Assembly: GCF_963921235.1 (NCBI RefSeq)
Contig: NC_086097.1
Span: forward strand, 207,888,001 to 207,952,000
Origin: Mobula hypostoma
Lineage: Eukaryota
Reading direction: 5' to 3'
DNA length: 64,000 nt
The notes below the pieces were generated by a model that saw only the letters and a program-made list of their open reading frames with translations, was not told where the DNA came from and made no database searches. This document shows positions 1 through 13,262 of this stretch, in pieces. The first letter of the stretch is position 1. The number at the start of each line of letters is the position of its first letter. Both the position numbers and the translations under genes were made by a program.

Positions 1-487
1 AGAGAAAATAATTCTCTGGCATGACTATGATGGAAGTTGGGACAATCTTTTCTCCTTTGGATACTATGGAAACCAACATAATATGTCTTCAGTTTGTTAC
101 TCAGAGCAGAAGTTGTCCTTCACACCGCTCTGCAGTTCATTCTTCATGGATCTCAATTGTGCAAGATGTGTTGAAGCTTTGTTTCCATCCAGTTGCTTGC
201 AATCCTGTATTTTGTTACAGGCCTTAAAGCAACTGTGTAATAACAATTGTCTAATGCTAGCTGGAGAGTACTCTTTACATGCTACCTTCAAAGCATATGA
301 AGTAGAAATGAATAGAAGCACCAATTCTGTCATCACTAGTTAACCCATACAGACACAGCTGTGTGAGAGATAATTAGCTCTAACTCACAACGATAATAAC
401 TGGTCAGTCTGACTATTTGTGGATGCAGCACTGTACAGCTGCAACTCTATAGTGATTGTCTATGAATAAAACTTCATCTTTCATTTT

Positions 488-3400
488 CATAGAAACATAG
501 AAAACCTACAGCACAATACAGACCCTTCAGCTCACAAAGCTGCGCCGAACATGTCCTGACCTGAGAACTAACTGGGCATACCCATAGCCCTCTATTTTTC
601 TAAGCCCCATGTACCTATCCAGGAGTCTCTTAAAAGACCCTATTGTTTCCGCCTCCACCGCTGCCGGCAGCCCATTCCACGCACTCACCACTCTGTGTAG
701 TTTAAAAAAAAAAAATACTCCTGATATCTCCTCTGTACCTATTTCCAAGCACCTTAAAACTATGCCCTCTCCAGCTAGACATTTCAGCCCTGGGGAAAAA
801 GCCTCTGACTATCCACATGATCAATGCCTCTCATTATCTTGTATACCTCTATCAGGTCACCTCTCAATCTCTGTCATTCCAAGGAGAAAAGGCTCAGTTC
901 ACTCAACCTGTTCTTATAAGGCATGCTCCCCAATCCAGGCAGCATCCTTGGAAATCACTTCTGCACCCTTTCTATGGTTTCCATGTCCTTTCTGTAGTGA
1001 GGCGATCAGAATTGAGCACAGTACGCCGTGGGGTCTGACCAGGGTCCTATAAAGCTGTAACATTACCTCTCGGCTCTTAAACTCAATCCCACGATTAATG
1101 AAGGCCAATTCACCATATGCTACCTTAACCACAAAGTCAGCCTGCTTTGCGGCTTTGAGTGTCCTATGGACTCAGACCCCAAGATTCCCCTGATCCTCCA
1201 CACTGCCAAGAGTCTTACCATTAATGCTTTATTCTGCCATCACATTTGACCTACCAAAATGAACCACCTCACACTTATCTGGGTTGAACTCCATCTGCCA
1301 TTTCTCAGCCCAGTTTTGCATCCTATCAATGTCCCATTGTAACCTCTGACAGTTTTCAACATTATCCACAACACCCCCAACCAATGTGCCATCAGCAAAT
1401 TTACTAATCCATCCCTGCACTTCCTCATGCAGGTCATTTATAAAAATCACAAAGTATAGGGGTCCCAGAACAGATCCCACTGGTCACTGACCTCCATGCA
1501 GAATATGACCCATCTACAACCAGTCTTTGCCTTCTGTGGGCAAGCCAGTTCTGGATCCACAAAGCAATGTCCCCTTGGATCCCATGCCTCCTGACTTTCT
1601 CAATAAGCCTTGCATGGGGTACTTTATCAAATACCTTGCTGAAATCCATATACACTACATCTACTGCTCTTCCTTCATCAATGTGTTCAGTCACATCCTC
1701 AAAAAATTCAATCAAGCTCGTAAGGCACAACTTGCCTTTGACAAAGCCATGCTGACCATTCCTAACCATATTATGCCTCTCCAAATATTCATAAATCCTG
1801 CCTCAGGATCTTCTCCATCAACTTACCAACCACTGAAGTAAGACTCACTGGCCTATAACTTCCTGGGCTAACCCTACTTCCTTTCTTGAATAAGGGGACA
1901 ACATCCACAACCCTCCAATCCTCTGGAACTTCTCTTGTCCTCACTGATGATGCAAAGATCATCGCTAGAGGCTCAGCAAATGCCTCCCTCACTTCCCACA
2001 GTAGCTGGGGTACATCCTGTCTGGTTCTGGTGACTTATCCAACTTGATTCTTTCCAAAAGCTCCAGCACATACTCTTCCTTAATATCTGCATGCTCAAGT
2101 TGTTCAGTCCACTGCAGGTCATCCCTACAATCGCCAAGATCCTTTTCTGTAGTGAATACTGAAGCAAAGTATTCATTAAGTACCTCTATCTCCTCTGGTT
2201 CCAGACAGTCTTCCACTGTCACACTTGATTAGTCCTATTCTCTCACATCTTATCCTCTTGCTCTTCACATCTGTAGAATGCCTTGGGGTTTTCCTTAATC
2301 CTGTCCACCAAGGCCTTCTCATGGTCCCTTCTGGCTCTTCTAATTTTATTCTTAAGCTCCTTCCTGCTAGCCTTATAATCTTCTAGATCTCTATCATTAC
2401 CTTGTTTTTTGAACATTTTGTAAGCTCTTCTTTCCTCTTGACTAGATTTATATACCATGGTTCCTGTACCCTACCATCTTTCCCTGTCTCAGTGGAATGT
2501 ACCTATGCAGACCCCCATGCAAATATCCCCTAACTATCTGAAACATTTCTTCTGTACATTTCCCTGAAAACTTCTGTTTCCAATTTATGCTTCCAAGTTC
2601 CTGTCTGAGAGTCTCACATTTCCCCTTACTCCAGTTAAATGTTTCCCTAACATGTCTGTTCCTATCCCTCTGCAATGCTATAGTAAAGGAGATAGAATTA
2701 TGATCACTATCTCCAAAATGCTCTCCCACTGAGAGACACAACACCTGACCAGGTCCACTTCCCAATATCAGATCAAGTACAGCCTCTCCTCTTGTAGGCT
2801 TATCTACATATTGTGTCAACAAACCTTCCTGAACACACCTAACAAACTCCAGCCCATCTGAACCTCACTCTAGGGAGATGCCAATCAATACTTGGGGAAA
2901 TTAAAATCTCCCACCACAACATCCCTGTTATTATTACAGCTTTTCAGAATCTGTCTCACTATCTGCTCCTTGATGTCCCTGATACTATTGGGTGGTTTTT
3001 TTTAAAAAAACACCCAGTAGAGTTATTGACCCCTTCCTATTCCTAACTTCCACCCACAGAAACTCTGTAGACAACTCTTCCATGACTTTCTCCTTTTCTG
3101 CAGCCGTGACACTATCTCTGATCAACAGTGCATGCCCCCACCTATTTTGCCTCCCTCCCTGTACTTTCTGAACCATCTAAAGCTTGGCACTTGAAATAGC
3201 CATTCCTGCCCCTGCACCATCCAAGTCTCTGTAATGGCCACAATATCATAGCTCCAAGTACTGATCCACGATCTAAGTTCATCCGCTTTGTTCATAATAC
3301 TCCTCTCATTAAGATGGACACATCTCAAACCATCTGTCTGAGCGCGTACCTTCTCTATCACTTGTCTATCCTCCCTTTCGCACTGTCTCCAAGCTTTGTC

Positions 3401-4560
3401 TATTTGTGAACCAACCTCCCTTTCCTCCATCACATCAGTTTGGTTCCCACCCCGAGCAATTCTAGTTTAAACTCTCCCCTTATTGCCTTAACAAACCTCC
3501 CCGCCAGGGTATTGGTCCCCCTGGGATTGAAGTGCAACCCATCCTGTTTGTACAGGTCACACCTGCCCCAAAACAGGTCCCAATGATCCAGAAATTTGAA
3601 TCCCTGTCCCTTGCTCCAATCCCTCAGCCACGCATTTACCCTCCACCTCATTCTATTGATATACTCACTGTCACCTAGCACAGGCAGGAATCCTTAGATT
3701 ACTACCTTTGAGGTCCTGCTTCTCAACTTCTTTCCTACCTCCCTATTGTCTGTTTTCGTCCCTTTACCTACCTATGTCGTTGGTACCGATATGTACAACG
3801 ACCTCCGGCTGTTCTCCTTCCCACTTCAAGATATTCTGGATGCCATCAGAAGCATCCAGACCATGGCACCTGGGAGGCAAACTAACATCCACGTTTCTTT
3901 CCTGCATCCACAGAATCGCCTGTCTGACCCCCTAACTATAGAATCCCTATCACTACTGCCTTCCTCTTCCCTTCCCTACCTTTCTGAGCCACAGGGTAAG
4001 ACTGTGCCACAGGTAGGTTGTCTCCCCCAACAGTACTCAAACAGGAGTACTTATTGTCAAGGGGAATAGCCACTGGGGTGCTCTCTAGGGCCCCTTGCCC
4101 CTCCCTCTCCTGACTGTTATGCACTTTTGTCTCCCCAGGCCCAGAGTGACTACCTGTCCATAGCTCCTCTCTATCACCTCTTCACTCAGCCTGACCAGAC
4201 AAAGGTCATCAAGTTGCATCTTCAGTTCCCTAATGCGGTCCCCAAGGAGCAGCAGCTCGATGTACCTGGTGCAGATGTGGTTGTCCGGGAGGCTGGGACT
4301 CTCCAGGACTTCCCACATCTGACACTGAGCACAGAAAACTGGCATCACAGACATTCTTTCTGTCTGTATTCTACACAGATAACCTACCTTGCCTGGACCC
4401 TTTATCACCAAAGCCCCGTTGAGCCAAAGCCTTCCTACTCTGGCTCCCTCTCCTCAGACACCTGCACTATAAAGCTGTCTTCTTTTTAAACGCTTCTCGC
4501 TGTTCTCACTGGCTGACGTCCACGTGCTTGCACAGTCATGCCCCGTTCAAACTGCTGAAG
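488..4560 (-). mobile_element. Near full-length degenerate CR1 LINE (subfamily A): ORF1 (Cys-rich N-terminus + SGNH esterase) and ORF2 (APE endonuclease + RT)
   Basis: Fragmented ORFs: RCVHLNERSI and AITETW (APE), QHGFVKGK, YMDFSKVFDKVPH, SKFADG (RT), DHWDLFWGRCDLYKQDGLHFN (ORF1); (TTCTATGT)n-type tail at 488-503. Confidence 0.93.
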
Positions 4561-6129
4561 AAATAACCCTCAAACTGCTGCGTAGTCTTTCTGGGTTTCA
4601 TTACATCCGTTCTTTGTTCCTACCTGCTTTCCTTACAGATCCTGTGTATAACTCCCATCAGGTTTCTTAACTCTACTCACTAGGATTCAACATCTTCTGA
4701 TCCTCTGTCACTCCTTGTTAAGAATTTGATGTGGATTTTCACCACCAGAGCTACCCAAAACCCTCAGCCTACCTACTTGTCTTTTTGATCTTTAGCACAT
4801 CCTTTCTTAGATAAAGACACAAAAAAAGAATGGATTTTTATGGAGATTAATAGATTTTCAGGTACCATAGTGCTGAGGGACTGATTATTGACCTCCTGTA
4901 TACATATATACATTATTTTCAGGGATTCCCGTTATGCTACCAGTATATTCTGATATTTAACTTTCATCATGAGTTTGGACATCCAGAACATCTCACATGC
5001 TCAACTACCATAGCTGACACATCTTGCAAAGTCAATTCATGTTTAAATAAACCAATCTCATAAAGAGCTTACTTTGCCTTGATGGATAGAAACAGCACCT
5101 TAACTAAACAGTCGTAAACAGGCCTTTTGAGTATTTTTGACTGAACAAAACACTATTTTATATCAATTGTGACTTTAAATAAACCAGTTGGAGCTTGGAT
5201 CCGCATGTGTAACAGGCCTTTGTTTAGCACAGTAAAGACCTGTGGGGGAATCTCCTATTAGAATTTCTCTGATCACCAAGTCAGAGTTATTATGCTTTTT
5301 TAAAAAAAAAAGTTAAAGTAATAGCAAGTGATTCAATATAGTTTCAATAAACAACTTTCAATAACTTTAGGTGAACACAAACTATTTCATAAAATTACAT
5401 ATTTCACAAGGTGAGAACATCCTAATTTTGAATATTCAAATATCTTTGGGAATCCAGAGGTCTGTCACTGATTGTCTTTTGTTTGCACTGTCTTGTTTTT
5501 GCGTGTCTTCTCTCTTTATCTTCCATAATTTATATTCTGTATATTGTCTGCACCTATGTAACTTGTGATGTTGCTGCAAGCAAGGACCTATATTGGACTT
5601 GTACTTCGCTGTATTTGTGCATGTGACGATTGACCTGACAGAACTGCCTTTGTTCAACTCTATTGATGAATGGCTGTCTGCATACACAAACACTACAAAT
5701 ATCGACTGCAATATGTATTCAGCAGCAAAATAACCAGACCAAATCTTTCCCTGTTCTCATGCTGAGGGTCTCAATGTAGTCTGAGCTGCTGAGTGTTTTC
5801 CTGCAATGATGCAAAGCTTAAGATGCATTATGTCCGTGGCTGGTTTCAATTCCATTACAGTATTGATGGATGTGTTATTATTTAAGAAACGACCTTTAAA
5901 GAAGTTTCTGTTAATAGATGGTCTTGTGTGTTTCCAAGTGTTACCTCCTGAGAAGCCTGCCATGAGCCAGTTACCTGCTCTCTTCAAAGACACAGTGTTT
6001 CTTTATACAGCTTTTATGTAATTTCTTGTCATATTTTACAACACTGGTTGAAGACTGGTCCAGTATTCTATTAATGAATGTTACCAAGTATTAACCCTAT
6101 GCATGCTTCCAGCTGCAGCTTTTAACGGA

Positions 6130-7865
6130 CCGTGTAATGGGGTTGGGGTTGGAGCTGGAACTGGAGATCATTCAGGAGGCTGAGGGGTTGATAGACAGGT
6201 CATACAGGGAAGTAGTTGCACCCATGGTGCAGGATACAGGTACCTGGTGACTATCAGGAGGGGGAAAGAGGATAGGCAGCCAGTGCAGACCCACAACAGG
6301 TTGCTGTTTTGGATACTGTTGGGGTGGAATAACCTATCAGAGGAAAGATCTGTGACACAAAGTCTGGCTCTGTGGCTCAGAAGAGAAGTGGGTAGAAGAG
6401 ATGAGCTGTAGTCCTAAGGGATTTGTTGGTTAGGGGAACAGAAAGGAGGTTCTGTGGATGAAAATGAGATTCCTGGATAGCATGTTACCTCTTGAGTGTC
6501 GGGGTCAGGGATATCTCGGATCAGATCCATAGCATTCCTAAGTGGAAGGGTGAGTAGCCAGAGGTCATGGTCCACATTGGTACAAATGACTCTGGGAGGA
6601 GAGGTGACGAGGTCCTACAAAGTTGTTGACCATTCATCAACAGACCTATGTTAGGAAGCTCACTATGCAACTCATACCTAATCGAGGCTCGCACCTTATT
6701 CTCTGCACATACAACAAAGGAACAATGTTGACCTCGGGCCAACAATTCAGAACATGAATTCTGCTGTTCCCTTTGTATCAGTACACTCACTCAGACAACT
6801 TGTTCAATTTATAACACTGAAATAAGGGATCTCCTTTGGCCAGCCGATCAATCCTTTATTCTCCCAGACCCTGGTGTGGGGGTTCTTCCTTGTAATGGTA
6901 GGCCTCATGAGATTATCGCCAATAGCAGGCTTGAAGTGGCCATTTTTATATTCAGTCCTTACCAATTCAAATATTGTATTCCAGTGTCACTGGCTACAGG
7001 TCATGTGTCTGACATTTAACACCTTTTTATTACTTCTGCTCCAGGCCAGCATCTATTAATGCCCTCTTCCCAGCAGGTGAAAATTGGCAATTCACGGCTC
7101 TTTGTTCTCAATCAGCAAAGAGCTTGATTCATGCATAACAGATGCTGACTCCAACAGTCAAAAATCTGCATATTATATCCAACTAAAGAACATCTTACAA
7201 ATAACTTCTTATTCAGAAATTATCTCCAGTCAATCAGATTACCTGAAGCATCATTATCTTCTTTAAAACACTGATCAAGCTAAGCAAATAACAAACAAAA
7301 TGGAGGACATAAAACAGTTCCACAAAATGGCAGCCTCCATCTCCAAGCACATGACAGGAAAAAAAATCAATTGATCTATCTGCTTTCATTGTCCTTGATC
7401 AATTCGAGTTCAATGTTTTCTTCCATATTTTAAATCTGCCTTGGCCAACAAAGTGAGTTCAGGGAGTTGGGAGATAAGTTAAAAGACCAGAACCTCCTGG
7501 GTTGTGATCTAAGAATTGCTACCTGTGCAATGTGTTGGTGAGGTCAGAACACAGCAGAGGAGTTGGTGCAGGAGGGACATGCAGATTTTTGGATCTTTGG
7601 CCTCTCTTCCATGGAAGGTGGGACCTGTACAGAAGGGATGGTTTGTACCTGAACTGGAGGGGTCTAATATCCTAGCGGGAAGGTTTTCTAGTGCTACAGT
7701 GTGCGGTGGTTGGGGGAGGGGGCGTTAGGGAACCAGAGCACCAGAACAGATAGCAGAGTAGTTGCGGAAAAATATGTCACTAAGCCTACATGCAATGTCA
7801 GGAATTGAGAGGTTAAGCATGATGGGACTGATATTCTGAGCTGGAAATATTTCATTGCAAGGAGT
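6130..7865 (+). mobile_element. Old CR1 ORF1 to ORF2-start fragment, interrupted by a solo LTR
   Basis: Homologous to ORF1 of the CR1 at 3400-4300 (VMVHIGTND, DLYRRD-like motifs); sequence is contiguous across the 6624-7450 insertion. Confidence 0.75.
6624..7450. mobile_element. Solo LTR (827 bp)
   Basis: Termini TGTTGACCA...TGGCCAACA (imperfect inverted repeat, TG..CA); 4-bp TSD AAGT at 6620-6623 and 7451-7454; splits a CR1 ORF1. Confidence 0.8.
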
Positions 7866-7869
7866 ATGC

Positions 7870-10800
7870 ACTGCCACATGTGAATTTGTTTGCTTGCTTA
7901 GTGAATTCCCAAATCTCACCAAGCTCACATTTTCAACTATGGTCGCAAAATTTGGGATTGAGCACCATGTTTCCATAACAGGATCATCTGTCCACACATT
8001 GGCCAGTGCAAAGGCTGAGTTTGATGACATGGAAATGCTTGGCATTGTACACAGGTCAAATAACCCTTGGGCTTTGCCCTTCCATATGGGCCCTAAGCCT
8101 AATGGTGGTTGCCACCCATGTGGCGATTACTGCCACCTTATTGAGGCCACCACCCCTGATTGTTACCCAGTCCCACATATTTAAAACTTTTCACATTTAA
8201 CCTGAAAGATAATTTTTACTAAAGTGGACTTTGTTTAAGAGCTACCATAACGTGCCTATGTGAGCTGAGGACGTTCCCAAAACTGCTGTTATAACCCTAT
8301 TTGGCCTATTTTAGTTTCTGCACATGCCATTTGGACTGAAAAGTGCAGGACAGACTTTCTAGTGACTAATGGATTCTGTGTTAAAAGACTTAGATTTTCT
8401 TTTTGTTCACCTGGATGACATATTTGTCACCAGCGCATCCAAAACCGAACACTTATTGCATCTCCATATACACTTCAAGCACTTAAACCAACATCAGCTG
8501 ATTATTAACCCTGCTAAGTGCCAGTTTGAGAGTTCTAGGCCATCACCTCTCCACAGACTTTCTCGACCATCGTATCTCCATAGAAGGTGCCGACACCCCT
8601 ACCATCAAATGTCACAGCTCCTGCTTTACCAAGGCAGTGCAGGAGTTTTCAGGTAAAGGTAATTTCTACATCGTTTCATTCCACGAACTACTGAACCCAT
8701 GCTCTTCTTGCATAGCATCCTTGAAAGCAGTGCCCCTAATCACATGTTTGAGTGGCCAGGGGACATAACCAGAGAATTTGGTGACACCAACTGAGCTCTT
8801 TTGCACCCACTCCCCAATGCACCTATAGTCATCACTACTGATGCATAAGTTGATTGGAGATGTGTGACAGCTGCTCACCACCTTCCACCGGCAGCTCCAC
8901 TACCCCCACCCCACCACCCTGAGAGGAAGTACAGTACTTTTTTAGATTATGAAGAGACACAGTCCTCTTTTATTGTCATTTAGTAATGCATGCATTAAGA
9001 AATGATACAATATTCTGTCTGGTCTGATATCACAAAACAGGACAGACCAAGACTGAAAAAACTAACAAAACCAATAATTATAACATATAGTTACAACAGT
9101 ACAACAATACCATAACTTGATGAAGAACAGTCCATGGCACAGTAAAAAGTTCAAAATCTCTCAAATGTCCCACATCTCACGCAGACGGGAGAAGGAAGAA
9201 AAACTCTCCCTGCCATCCCGACCACAGTCCGACTCTGAGTGGTCCGAAAACTTCGAGCCTCCGATCAGCCCTCTGACACAGAGTACCAAGTACCATCTCT
9301 ATCCGAATGATTCGACTTCAATCTCAGTCGCCAACAGCAGGCAAAGTCGGGGATTTTGGGGCTTTCCCTCGGAAGATTCTCGATCGCCCAGTAACGGAGG
9401 CAGCGAACCTGCGTTTCAGAAATTTCTCCAGATGTTCCTCTGTGTTTTCACGTCTGTCTCCATCAAATCAGAATTGTCCATGGCCCCTATTTAACAGATA
9501 TGATCATTTTCACTGGAGGAATGCAAGCTTCTCAATCTCTAACTGGCTGTCCGTGATTTTCATTTTCTACTGGAGGGTTCACTTTTCACAGCATTCATTG
9601 ACCACAAAATCCCCATGCATGTGATTGTCTGGATGACAGCAATGTCACCTGGCCTACATTTCAGACTTCATGACTGACATATAGCTCATTGCTGGGAAAA
9701 ATAATGATCACCATTGATGAGGTACACATTGAGGTTGACATTGCTGGCATGGCAACTGACCAAGTTACAGACCCAGAGGTCCAATGTTACAGGGCAGCAG
9801 TCATGGGCCTGCAATAGGCTAACATCAAGTTCAGGGATGCAGCAGTTTCTCTCTTGTGCAGTGTTTCAACTGGTCACTCTCACCACATATTGCCTACAAA
9901 CTAAAGACAAACTGTTCTTAACTTATTCATGGCCTCTTGTATCCAGGCAGGAAGGCTTCAGAGAAACTGGTTGCTTTAAAGCCTCAGGAAGGACATGCGA
10001 GGCTGGATTGCAGCTTCTTGTTTGTCAGTGAGTGGAAAATTAACCATCACATTTGGCCACCACCAGTACTGTTTGTGGTCCATGAGAGACGATTTGACCA
10101 TGTGGACACGTTTTGTCGTCTTCTCCTCATTCTGAGGTTTCGTGCATCTCCTTACCACCATAGGGCCAGTGGTTGTCTCTTAGCATTGATGATGGCTCGA
10201 GTGTTCATCAGCACCTGGGTCACTCAGTTTGACACCACGGTCCCTAATTCACATCAGATCTCTGGGCCACAATGGCCCAAAACCTTGGCATTAAATTGCT
10301 TCACAGCACAATGTATCACAAACAGTCCAATGTTCTGTGCGAGCGGTTTCACCGTTCCTTAGAGGCTGCTCTGAGGGCCTCCCTGATAGACGACTATTCG
10401 CTCAATAATATCTATTGGGTCCTACTGGAGTTCAGAACAACTCTAAAAGAGGACCTGCAGTCCTTTACAGCTGAGTTGGTTGTACAGGCAGCTGCTACAG
10501 GTGCCAGGTGATTTTATTTGTTACATCACAACTACCTGGTCAGTATCTCAGCAGTGTTCCACTGTTCTCAGTAAATACATTTTTTCACACCTTTTCCTAC
10601 CTCCCATTGTGGCATACAGCACTTTTGGGTTCCGGTTGACTTATGTTCTACCTTGTTCATTTTTGTCTGCCATGATGCACATCAACACCCCCTTAAGACC
10701 CCTTACAATGGCCCATTATGCACTTTGGAACAGGGTGTAAGGACTTCTATTGTAGATAAGAAGGGGAAACCTAAATGTACTTCTATAGATCACCTTAAAA

Positions 10801-11167
10801 TGGCCCCCAGATACCCCCTGTGTTAGGACATGACCTTGTGCATGTCAGCACACACCTAGACAAGCCAGACGCACCTGATCCTATTTCAACCAAGGCACAT
10901 AGGACCTGAACCAGGTGGTTCGTATGAGCTCCAGACAGAATTCTGGAGGGTAATGTAATGGGTGACAGATGACACCAATTGTTCATGATAGAAACTGTTT
11001 TACATAATTCAAAAACACTTTCATTGAATTGTTGCGCTCACTTTAAGATGGAATCTGTTGTAGTGACACTAGTTTGGTTTGCTTGTAATGGAAGTAAAGG
11101 ACTGAAGCTTTTATTAAAGCACATAAAATTACACTGGCATATTTTTCACAAAGCCCTACTAACTACA
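7870..11167 (+). mobile_element. Degenerate Ty3/Gypsy LTR retrotransposon pol (RT, RNase H region, integrase) with probable short 3' LTR
   Basis: SNNPWALPFHM..KPNGG..PCGDY, PDCYPVPHI, FVHLDDIFV (YLDD), integrase STMYHKQSNVLCERFHRSLEAALRA; purine tract GGAGGG then TGTAA...CTACA at about 10954-11167. Confidence 0.85.
8940..9515 (-). mobile_element. Retroposon 3' end / non-autonomous element inserted in the Gypsy pol
   Basis: Interrupts the pol; its end (AATGCATGCATTACTAAATGACAATAAAAG...CATAATC) recurs in opposite orientation at about 41510-41575. Confidence 0.6.
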
Positions 11168-11189
11168 CTCCAGGATTCTGAACAAGGTA

Positions 11190-12632
11190 GATGAAGTGAT
11201 TGTGGAGGCATCTTTCAAAAATCACTAAATTTTGGAATAGTTCCAGAGGACTGGAAAATTACAAATATCACTCCATTCTAAGAAGGGAGGAGACAGACGA
11301 AACACAATTATAGACCAGTTGGCCTGATTCGGTGGTTGAGAAGATGATGGTGCCCATTATTAAGGATGAAGTTTTGGGGTACTTGAAGGTACATGATAAA
11401 GCAAGTCAAAGTCAGCATGGTTTCCTTCAGGGGAAATCTTGCCTGACAGATTTGTTGGAATTCTTTGAGGAAATAATGGCATGATTTACAAAGGAGAGTC
11501 AGTGAAGATTGTTTACCTGGATTTTCAGAATGCGTTTGACAAGGTCCCATAAATGACACTGTTTAACAGTATAAGAGCCCGTGGTGTTGCAGGAAAGATA
11601 CTAGCATGGATAGAAGATTGGCTGACTGGCAGGAAGCAAAGAGTGGGAACATATGGGGCCTCTTCTAGTTGGTTGCCGGTAACCGGTGGTGTTTTGCAGG
11701 GGCCTATATAACGTGAAAAGCCGTTCCAATGTGTCAGTGATTTGGATAATGGAATTTGATGGCTTTGTGGTCAAGTTTGCAGGGGATATGAAGAAAGATA
11801 GAAGGGCAGGTAGTGTTGAGGAAGCAGGGATTCTACAGAAGGACTTAGGCCGATTGGGAGAATGGGCAAAGAAGTGGCAGATGAAATATAATGCAGGGAA
11901 GTGTATGGTCATGAATTTTGCCAGAAGGAATAAAGGTGTAGACTATTTTCTTAATAGGGAGAAAATACAAAAGTCAGAAGTACAATGGGACTTGGAAGTC
12001 CTTGTGCAGGATTCCCTAAAGGTTAATTCCAAGTTGAATTGGTGCTAAAGACGGCAAATGCAATGTTAGCATTCATTTGAGAGAACTAGAATGTATGAGC
12101 AAGGATGTCATACTGAGGATTTATAAGGACACAGTCAGACCACACTTGGAGTATTGTGAGCAGCTTTGGGCCTGTTATCTAAGAAAAGATGTGCTGGCAT
12201 TTGAGAGGGTCCAGAGGAGTTTCACAAGAATGATACTCAGAATTTAGGAGAATGGGAAGGGGGGATCTCATTGAAACCTATCAAGTATTGAAAGGCTCAG
12301 GCAAAGAGGATGTTTCATCTGATGGATAAGTCTAGGACAAGAGGGTACAGCCGCAGAATCGGGGTCATCCATTTAGAACAAAAATGTGGAGGAATTTCTT
12401 TAGCCAGAGTGTAGTGAATCTATGGAATTCATTGCTATGGACAGCTACGGAGGTCAGGTCATTGCGTATACTTAAAGCAGAGGTTGATAGGTTATTGATT
12501 AGTCAGGGTGTCAAAGGTTATGACGAGAAGCAGGAGAATGGGGTTGAGAGGGGTAAAACAGCCATGATGGAATGGTAGAACAGACTTAATGAGCCAAATG
12601 GTTTAATTCTGCTCCTATGTCTTACGGACTTG
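11190..12632 (+). mobile_element. Old CR1 LINE RT/3' fragment
   Basis: KFAGD, LQKDLGRLGEWAKKWQMKYNAGKC, RNFFSQSVVNLWNSL; CR1-type 3' end TTCTGCTCCTATGTCTTA. Confidence 0.88.
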
Positions 12633-12701
12633 TTACATTTGCCCTTAGATCCAAGATTCAAGTATAATTGCCTTTCAACAATGCACGGGAATGTCTCAGT
12701 T

Positions 12702-13262
12702 TGGGTCTGAGGCCACTATCGGTCAGAGTGACCATGGATATTGCATCCTGGCTGTCGGGGCAGTACGATACGGAGAACAAGCTTTGCCCATGTAGCAAGC
12801 TCCCCCTCTCCACGCATCTGATGAACCCAAACGAACGGCAGAGACCGATACAGTCTGGTACCAGCACCATCGCAGGAGTTGCCAGTCAACATTGAACTCG
12901 GTGTAGGCCTGCCTTAGGAACTCCAGCCCCGGATTTTTCCCTTGGGTTTTACGCCTGAAGTCTTCCCCGTGAGTGGGTATAACCACAAGGCAGCAGAGCT
13001 TTGAGAACAGTGTTTTCCTTCTCCTAGATGAACTGCCAACCACAGCTGATGAGCCCCATCTGCCTGAAGTGACTGGTTTTAACGCAGCAGTAACCTGTCT
13101 TTGCCCTTTCTCCTGTCAGTAGAAATGGTTCCACCAGGCTTAGTAGCTAAGCCACACATGAAGGCCAGGAGCTGGACTTGGTTGAAAGAGGCTACTTGAG
13201 GGTCATGCCATTGGGAGCATTTAATAGGTAGTAGGAGCTTGTCCCTATTACCACCCCGGCCT
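12702..13262 (-). mobile_element. Non-autonomous RTE-like element (5' UTR joined to 3' end)
   Basis: Minus strand has TTGGCAGTTCATCTAGGAGAAGGAAAAC, a motif I recall from RTE 5' UTRs; 3' part homologous to the SINE body at 15700-15884; no RT ORF. Confidence 0.55.

Noticed and set aside
9117..9624. Overlapping 125-aa and 105-aa ORFs
   Set aside because: Lie within a non-coding repeat inserted in the Gypsy remnant; no recognisable domain
13045..13075. CTGATGA...GAAG hammerhead-like string
   Set aside because: No GAAA core and no convincing stem II
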